Of a stretch of DNA of 64,000 nt, positions 57,596-64,000 are shown one piece after another. The notes beneath the pieces were generated by a model. That model made no database searches. It was not told the DNA's origin and saw nothing but the letters and a program-made list of their open reading frames with translations. A program made the translations under genes and the position numbers. The stretch spans positions 384,001-448,000 of the forward strand of contig OZ252299.1 in the NCBI GenBank assembly GCA_965250285.1, read 5' to 3'. Position 1 is the stretch's first letter; every line of letters begins with the position of its first letter. The stretch comes from Myxococcota bacterium (GTDB lineage Bacteria; Myxococcota_A; UBA9160; UBA4427).

Positions 57596-59842
57596 ATGCA
57601 CCAACGCCGGAGTCGCCGTCGAATTCATGAGCAGCCGGGTCGGGGTGGGCCGGGGTGGATCGGCATCCTCCTCGTCCTCGCGCTCGGCTTCGGCGTGGTC
57701 GCGTGTGGGGAGCAGGGGGAGGCGGGCCCACCGGGCCCCGAAGGCCCCGAAGGTCCACCCGGGCCACCGGGCCCCCCTGGCGATATCGTCGACACCGGGA
57801 CGTCCGTCGAAGCGTGTCTCGGCTGCCATGGCCCGGACGGCGTCTCCCCCGTTCACGACGTCGACGATCTCGATGACGCGCACTACGTCGACCTCGATCC
57901 CGACGGGCCTGCGACCGGCTCCGGGTATCGCCAGCTCGCGATCGAGGTGCTCAGTGTCGACGTGACGGGAAACGACGTCGAGTTCCGGTTTCGCGTCGAG
58001 GACGAAACGGGAGGCGCCGTCGACGACGTCTTCGCGGCCGACGGCCGGTTCGGTCTGGCGCGGCTGCTCGACCCGGCCGGCATCGGTGACCCGACCACGT
58101 GGCAGGCGTTGATCACCTCGGAGCGCTTCACCACGAGCGGCGCCGCGTTTACGCCCGAAGGCGGCGGCGAGTACACCTATCGGTCGGTCTTCGACCCCCA
58201 GAGCCCGGCGGTGCCTGTCGCGACGGGCGACACGTTGCGACTCGCCATTCAGCTCAGCGCATCGGATCTGCCGGCCGGCAACGGAATCTGCGACTTCGAT
58301 GCGAACCTCGCCAGCGCGAACGACTGCGTCAGCGCCGTCTCGCGCACGCGCGACATCGTGCCGACGAGTCAGTGCAACAGCTGCCACGGCGTCACCAGCG
58401 ACTCGAAGCTCGCGTTCCACGGTGGAGGGCGAACGGAGGTCGAGTACTGCGTCGTGTGTCACAACCCCGATCTCGGCGACGCCGACATGACCGTGATGAC
58501 GCACAAGATTCATGCGGGCTCGACGCTCACGAACGGCTATCGGAGCTGGTCGCACGTCAACTACACCCGCGACCTCGCCGACTGCACGACGTGCCACGGC
58601 GGCGGCGGCGCCGACGAGACGAACTGGTACGACGTCCCGACCATGGAGGCATGCGGGGCCTGCCACGACGACGTCGACTTCTCCGACGGCACGAACCATG
58701 GATCGGGCGGCCAGCAGGTCGACAACAGTCTGTGCGCGAACTGCCACCCGCCGCTGATCAACGACACGGGCTCGAAGCTGCCGGTTCGACTCGTTCATCG
58801 GGGGGAGGAGCGCCGGACACGCGCCGCCGAGTTCCGGGGCGGGTCGAACGGCTACGCGATCGAGGATCTCACCTGGGACGACGCGTCCGACGAGCTCACG
58901 GTGCTGTTCTCGGTCACCCAGCTCGGCACACGACTCGACCTCGAATCGGATCCGGCCTTCCCCGCCGCCGGCGGCTCGGGCCGCGTCAACCTGCGCGTGG
59001 CCTGGTCGACCGACGAGTACACCAACGAAGGGAGCGGGAGCAGTCCCGCGCCCGCGCAGCCGCCTGCGTACTCGGGCACCGACTTCAGCGAGGTGACGAA
59101 CATCGGCGGTGAGGTCTACGAGCGGGTGATCCCCGTGCCGGGCGGGGCCTTCGACACGGTGAGCGTCACGATGGATGGCTATCCCGCCACGGATCTCGAT
59201 GACGATGGTCAGTTCGACGATGCGCTGCCGGTCCAAACGGCCTTCGCAGATGTGAACGTCGAGCTGCGCGGCACCGACACGCCGCGCCGCAGCTCGATCG
59301 ACATGGCGAAGTGCAATCTGTGTCACGACGCGGCCGGCGCCGGCCTCGCCTTTCATGGCAACAATCGAACGAGCGAGACCATCTCGTGCGTGTCGTGTCA
59401 CAACGCCGATGCGACCGACATCGCGCAGCGACCGAGCGATCCGTCGACGACACCCGACGGAAAGCGCGAAGAAGCCGTCGACTTCAAGCGGATGATCCAC
59501 CAGATCCATGCGGGAGAGGCGCTCGAGGCGGGGATCGTCGTCTACGGGTTCGGGGGGCGTCCCCACGACTACTCGGACGTCGGTTTCATCGGAAACCTCT
59601 CGAACTGCGAGACGTGTCACGTCGACGCGACGCCGCCCGAGAGTGGCTACGGCGCCGCTGCGGCCTGGGCCGCCGAGGCGACGACGCTCGACACCGGGGC
59701 CGAGGTCACCGACCCCAGTGACGACCTCAACGTCTCGCCGGTCGCGTCAGTCTGCTCGTCCTGTCATGACGACGCGGTCGCGCGGGATCACATGCTGCTC
59801 CACGGCGCCTCGTTCATCGCGCTCGACGAAGACATCCGCTGA
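57596..59842 (+). CDS. mtrC: OmcA/MtrC-family decaheme lipoprotein cytochrome c
   Basis: Lipobox VVAC; 10 CxxCH; LAFHGGGR, HKIH, FKRMIHQIH; first gene of a C-A-B cluster. Confidence 0.88.
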   Translation: MHQRRSRRRIHEQPGRGGPGWIGILLVLALGFGVVACGEQGEAGPPGPEGPEGPPGPPGPPGDIVDTGTSVEACLGCHGPDGVSPVHDVDDLDDAHYVDLDPDGPATGSGYRQLAIEVLSVDVTGNDVEFRFRVEDETGGAVDDVFAADGRFGLARLLDPAGIGDPTTWQALITSERFTTSGAAFTPEGGGEYTYRSVFDPQSPAVPVATGDTLRLAIQLSASDLPAGNGICDFDANLASANDCVSAVSRTRDIVPTSQCNSCHGVTSDSKLAFHGGGRTEVEYCVVCHNPDLGDADMTVMTHKIHAGSTLTNGYRSWSHVNYTRDLADCTTCHGGGGADETNWYDVPTMEACGACHDDVDFSDGTNHGSGGQQVDNSLCANCHPPLINDTGSKLPVRLVHRGEERRTRAAEFRGGSNGYAIEDLTWDDASDELTVLFSVTQLGTRLDLESDPAFPAAGGSGRVNLRVAWSTDEYTNEGSGSSPAPAQPPAYSGTDFSEVTNIGGEVYERVIPVPGGAFDTVSVTMDGYPATDLDDDGQFDDALPVQTAFADVNVELRGTDTPRRSSIDMAKCNLCHDAAGAGLAFHGNNRTSETISCVSCHNADATDIAQRPSDPSTTPDGKREEAVDFKRMIHQIHAGEALEAGIVVYGFGGRPHDYSDVGFIGNLSNCETCHVDATPPESGYGAAAAWAAEATTLDTGAEVTDPSDDLNVSPVASVCSSCHDDAVARDHMLLHGASFIALDEDIR
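57707..57781 (+). repeat. Collagen-like (Gly-X-Y)8 linker after the lipidated Cys
   Basis: GEQGEAGPPGPEGPEGPPGPPGPPG. Confidence 0.85.
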
Positions 59843-59847
59843 GGGAG

Positions 59848-60786
59848 ATGTCGATGCGAAGCGGCCCCGGTCGCCGTCGCCCGCGCGAGAACGCAGAGCC
59901 CGACGGTGGGCGTCGGCGCCGCGTGCTGCGCGGGTGCTCGGCGTTCGGCGTCCTGGTGTTCGTCTGGGCCTGTGCGAGCGTCTGGCAGCCGCCGGTTCTC
60001 GAACCGCGGCACCGAGTCGAACCCATCGCGGGTGCGGGCTCGACGCTCGGTTCGGCGACCTGCCTCGAGTGTCACGACTCCTTCGATGCGCACTTCGTCG
60101 AGTCGCCGTTTCACGGCGACTGCGAATCGTGTCACGGCCCGGGCGAGCTCCACGTCCACACGGTGCAGGCCGATGCGATCCGTTTCCCCTCGAGCGCCGA
60201 TTGCATCATCTGCCACGGGAGCGCGCAGCGAACCCTGGTGCACTGGGATGCCTCGCCTCATGCAGAAGTGGGCGTCCTCTGCAGCGACTGCCATGCGTCG
60301 CATGTACGGACGCCCGACCTGCTCCGTGCACCGAGTCAGCTCGACACGACGTTGCTTCGCCATGCCTCGGCTGAGACGAAGCTCTGCGCGACCTGCCATC
60401 CGGGCGTCGTCGGGCAGCTCGGGCTTCCGTCTCATCATCCCGTCAAGGAGGGCATGCTCGACTGCACCTCGTGTCACTCTCCCCATGCGCGCGACGGGGC
60501 GCTGGCGGGGGGGCGCAACCAGGTCTGCGCCGAGTGTCACGAGGAGGTCTTCGGCCCCTGGGTCTTCGAGCACCCGCCCGTCAACGAAGACTGCGGTTAC
60601 TGCCACGTGCCGCACGGGGCGCCGAATGAGTCCCTGCTCGAAGTCAGTCAGCCGGGCGTCTGCTTGTCGTGCCACACGCTCGCCGAGGCGGGGGCAGTGC
60701 ATCAGCCCTGGGCGCTCTCGACCGCCTGCACCGACTGCCACAGTGCCGTACACGGGTCGTACACCGATCCGCACTTGAGGCGATGA
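59848..60786 (+). CDS. mtrA: DmsE/MtrA-family decaheme cytochrome c
   Basis: 10 CxxCH; PSHHPV.EG, GPWVFEHPPV, terminal CTDCHSAVHGS. Confidence 0.92.
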   Translation: MSMRSGPGRRRPRENAEPDGGRRRRVLRGCSAFGVLVFVWACASVWQPPVLEPRHRVEPIAGAGSTLGSATCLECHDSFDAHFVESPFHGDCESCHGPGELHVHTVQADAIRFPSSADCIICHGSAQRTLVHWDASPHAEVGVLCSDCHASHVRTPDLLRAPSQLDTTLLRHASAETKLCATCHPGVVGQLGLPSHHPVKEGMLDCTSCHSPHARDGALAGGRNQVCAECHEEVFGPWVFEHPPVNEDCGYCHVPHGAPNESLLEVSQPGVCLSCHTLAEAGAVHQPWALSTACTDCHSAVHGSYTDPHLRR

Positions 60787-63068
60787 CGGTGCGTGGATGG
60801 CCGACGGGTAAGGGGATCATCGCCACCGTGGTCTTGTACGGGCTCGGCGCGGCCGGATCCGCAGCGGCGCAGTCGGAGCGGACCGACTCTGCAGATGAGA
60901 CCCGTTCGATTCGCGACGCTCCGGCGTCCGCCGCGCATGGCGTGCCTTCGGCCACCGCCGGCGCGCGCGAACCCGTCGAGCTCGTCTGGTCGGCGACGGT
61001 GATGGCACAGGGCAAGGTGATTGCGCCGCGCGAAGCCACGGATGACGTCGGCGGTTTCTTCGATCAGTACGAATACACCCCCAACAAGGGCAGCGCGTTT
61101 CCGGTCGAGCTCGGCGTGCGCGATGCAGCGTTCGACGCGTACGGTGGATCGGGCGATCCGATCTTCCAACTGCGACTGTCGAGCCCGACGTCGAATCTCG
61201 GCGTGTCGGGTCGCGACATCGACCAGCCATTCTTCAACCAGAGAGTCGAGACGACCACGCGCCTGGGCGAGCCCGGGCCGAACGCGCCCGGGCCCTGGCG
61301 CATCGACGTCGACTATGCGCGAATGCGGACCGAGCAGCTGCGCGTGTTCCCGAACACCGAAGGCGGCTCGTTGATCTACGATGATCTCACCGATCCCGAC
61401 GCTCGGTTCTTTCGCGATCGCACCGGGTTCGACGGCACCGTCTCCCGTCGCTCACTGTCGTTGGCCGACCCCGATCGCCCCGTCGCCTACGGCTTCGATG
61501 TGCGAGGGGACTTCCAGGCCCGTCGTGGTCTCGAGCAGCGGCGCGTGTTCCGAGATCCACAGAACGACTGGCTCGGATTGCCGCGCACCCTCGACCGCAA
61601 CGCGAGCGGCGCCGGGGCGGGTGTGCTCGTCGGTGCGGCTCGGGATGGCCGCTGGCTGGTAACCGTCGACTACGACCACGACATGCTGCGGTGGAAGTCG
61701 CCGCAGCTGTACGAGTCGGGGCTCGGCGTGCCGCCGCCGGTGGGCGACCGCCCCCTCGGCTTCGTGCCTGACAGCAACCGCGACACGGCCCGCGTATCGA
61801 TCTCGGGCCGAGCCGGATCTACGCTCAGCTGGTCCACGCAGTATCAGGTCAGCGTGCTCCAACAGGTGGGCGAGGGAACGCCCGAGCAGCGGGCAGCGGG
61901 GCTCGACGACAACACGGTGCTGAGCCAGGCGGCCGCGGCCCACGTCAGCTGGCGCATGGCCGACCAGTGGACCCTGCGCGCCGGTCTCGACTTCGACGCG
62001 CGAGACAATCGGATCGACCGCGACACGCCGCTCTTCAACCCGGTCGGCGGCGTGCAGGTCGACCCCTTCGTCGAAGACTGGTGGAGACTCGCGCTCGAGA
62101 GCGAGGTCGAGTGGCGGTTTTTTCGCCGCAACACCCTCGCCGTCGGCGCGCGGTTCGACGACATCGAGCGCAGCATCGACTTCGCCGAGCCGGGCGGCGT
62201 GCGCGTGCTACCCGAGAACGCCTTGATCGGCGATACGACGCGCATGATCGATGTCTATGCCAAGACGCGCATGCGCCTCTTCCGAACGCTCCGGCTCGAC
62301 GGCAGGCTCGGTTACCGAGCCGCGCCGCAGACGGGCTACATCACCGATCTCGATGACTACGTGCACGGTCAGCTGCGCCTTCGCCAGACGTTCACCACGC
62401 GCCGACCCCTGGCACTGACGGCCTTCGCGCGGGGCGACTGGGGGCAGAACGACCAGTTCGAGATGGTGGAAGGGCTCGGACCCGATCCGACCGGTACGAG
62501 CGTCGGGCGCACCTTCGAGCGCTGGACGGTGCAGTGGGGGGTCGGGCTCGAAGCCGCTCCCGTCGACCGGCTCTCGGTCTTCGCCTCCTTCGTTCGCCAG
62601 TGCTTGAATCAGCAGAGCGGCGTCGTGACGTCGACCCTGCAGCGCTACTTCCAGGAGACGGCTGCGCTCGACTTCACCGACCTCGGCGTCGACGACGCGC
62701 GCCAGAAGATGGCCAGCTTCGTCACGGGTCTGAACTACGACTTCAGCCGCCACGTCGACGCGGGGGTCGCCTACACGTACACGAGGTCGAAGTCGAACTA
62801 CGAGGGCGAGGCGTCGCCCGCCTTCGACGTGCTGCGGGCCGAACGCCGCGTCGAGAATCGGACTCATGTGGTCGACTTTCAGACCGGCTTCGAGCCGCGC
62901 GTAGGCTTGCGGCTGCTCGCCGGCTACCGGCTGCAGTACAACCGGGACGACGTCGATGCGCCCGAGAGCATCGCGAGCGCTTTGCCCCCCATCGATCGTT
63001 CGACGTACCAGCACACCTTCACTGTCGGTGTGAGGTTCGACGGGCGTGTCCTGCGAGGCGGTGACTAG
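60783..63068 (+). CDS. mtrB: MtrB/PioB-like outer-membrane beta-barrel
   Basis: ATGA-coupled to mtrA; signal peptide; 761 aa rich in alternating beta-strand patterns; call relies on context. Confidence 0.75.
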   Translation: MTVRGWPTGKGIIATVVLYGLGAAGSAAAQSERTDSADETRSIRDAPASAAHGVPSATAGAREPVELVWSATVMAQGKVIAPREATDDVGGFFDQYEYTPNKGSAFPVELGVRDAAFDAYGGSGDPIFQLRLSSPTSNLGVSGRDIDQPFFNQRVETTTRLGEPGPNAPGPWRIDVDYARMRTEQLRVFPNTEGGSLIYDDLTDPDARFFRDRTGFDGTVSRRSLSLADPDRPVAYGFDVRGDFQARRGLEQRRVFRDPQNDWLGLPRTLDRNASGAGAGVLVGAARDGRWLVTVDYDHDMLRWKSPQLYESGLGVPPPVGDRPLGFVPDSNRDTARVSISGRAGSTLSWSTQYQVSVLQQVGEGTPEQRAAGLDDNTVLSQAAAAHVSWRMADQWTLRAGLDFDARDNRIDRDTPLFNPVGGVQVDPFVEDWWRLALESEVEWRFFRRNTLAVGARFDDIERSIDFAEPGGVRVLPENALIGDTTRMIDVYAKTRMRLFRTLRLDGRLGYRAAPQTGYITDLDDYVHGQLRLRQTFTTRRPLALTAFARGDWGQNDQFEMVEGLGPDPTGTSVGRTFERWTVQWGVGLEAAPVDRLSVFASFVRQCLNQQSGVVTSTLQRYFQETAALDFTDLGVDDARQKMASFVTGLNYDFSRHVDAGVAYTYTRSKSNYEGEASPAFDVLRAERRVENRTHVVDFQTGFEPRVGLRLLAGYRLQYNRDDVDAPESIASALPPIDRSTYQHTFTVGVRFDGRVLRGGD

Positions 63069-63080
63069 GGCGTCGACCTC

Positions 63081-63893
63081 TCAGCGTGCATCGAGGGCGG
63101 GATCGCCCGCCGCCAGCGGCGGGATCGGGTGAGCCAGGCCCTTGTGGCAACGAACGCACTCGATCTCGCGCTCAGTCGCCGTGGCGTGGAACCGCCGGGC
63201 CTTCTCGCTCTGGGCCGGCATGCCGCCCGGCGAGAGGTCGTGGCAATCGCTGCATCGGCTCGAGTCGAGGGGGCCGTGCGGGTTGTGGCACGTGCTGCAG
63301 GTGAAGTCGTTCTGGTCGGTCGGCGTCGCCGTGACCGGGTGGGTGAACGTCGACGGATCCGCACCGCCCATCAGGTTCGTGTGGCAGCTCTCGTTGCACG
63401 TCGCGGTCGAAGCCGCGTGCGCGGGCACGATCGCGTCGGGCTGATGCATCGAGTGACAGGTGCTGCAGAGCACGTCGTCCAGGCCGTGCGGGCTCGTCTT
63501 CCAGTCGGCCTGCGTCCCGCCGTCATGGCAGTCGAGGCACATTGCGTTTTGGACGGCGGCAGCCGCCCCGGAGCCCTTCCCGAAGTGCACGTTCGAGACC
63601 TGCATCGGGAACTGCATGTGCTTTGCGCTCGGGCCGTGACAGCTCTGGCATTGTCGCTGGGCGGCGGGCGAGCGCGGATCGTCGAAGTCGGCGTGCTTGG
63701 TCTCGGCGATGCCGAGGATGCCCGAGCTGGCGTGACAGTCGATGCATGCGTTGTAGTCGGCGTCGGTGTAGTCGGTCTCGCTGAGGACCAGCTCGTCGGC
63801 CCCAGCGAATGAGGACGCCAGCTGGAGGGTCACGCCGAGGGCCAGCCAGCGCGTGAGCGCACCCGATCGTCGCGTGCCGCGGGCCTTCTTCAT
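63081..63893 (-). CDS. Exported multiheme cytochrome c (7 CxxCH + 1 CxxxCH), DmsE-like N-terminal half
   Basis: Signal peptide; CIDCH, CQSCHGP, CLDCH, CSTCH, CNESCH, CSTCHNPHG, CSDCH, CVRCHKGLAH; RBS AGGAGG. Confidence 0.88.
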   Translation of the reverse strand: MKKARGTRRSGALTRWLALGVTLQLASSFAGADELVLSETDYTDADYNACIDCHASSGILGIAETKHADFDDPRSPAAQRQCQSCHGPSAKHMQFPMQVSNVHFGKGSGAAAAVQNAMCLDCHDGGTQADWKTSPHGLDDVLCSTCHSMHQPDAIVPAHAASTATCNESCHTNLMGGADPSTFTHPVTATPTDQNDFTCSTCHNPHGPLDSSRCSDCHDLSPGGMPAQSEKARRFHATATEREIECVRCHKGLAHPIPPLAAGDPALDAR

Positions 63894-64000
63894 GATGCCT
63901 CCTGCCGACGCTGGGCGACTCGGGTCGGCTCGGCTGCGGGCACGGATGCCTCGACGGGCGAGTCGGCTTCGACGCCCTGTGGCAGCACATGGGCAACGCC

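Overview
Very GC-rich bacterial chromosomal segment (possibly Myxococcota-like; taxonomy is inference only), densely coding with about 58 real genes plus many antisense shadow ORFs. No rRNA, tRNA, CRISPR or mobile element was seen. In order, it holds: an MFS transporter; topA with a Lys-rich tail; a PilS/PilR-like two-component pair whose kinase has an in-frame TAG; glpD; a PilZ protein; an 8-gene acyl-CoA/steroid-type catabolic operon (ACAD pair, Cys-less thiolase fold, DUF35, PHP, two MaoC); detox and lipid genes (GSTs, VOC, ALDH, P450, CoA ligase, ABC1 kinase, thioesterases); a DUF2849-cysI-DUF934-cysK sulfur operon; a sigma54 module; and an mtrC-mtrA-mtrB porin-cytochrome cluster with a convergent fourth multiheme cytochrome. 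Three things stand out. (1) An apparently self-contained sigma54 regulon: an activator with an unrecognised N-terminal domain lies between an acyltransferase-3 gene and a VIT-VWA/GlyGly-CTERM plus rhombosortase operon, and both targets share -24/-12 promoters and tandem ACA-N5-TGT boxes. (2) A promoter-leader peptide-antiterminator/terminator element at about 24.8-25.4 kb precedes a non-biosynthetic gene. (3) The MtrC-like decaheme has a 1+5+4 heme layout, as if the heme-10 module had moved to the N-terminus.
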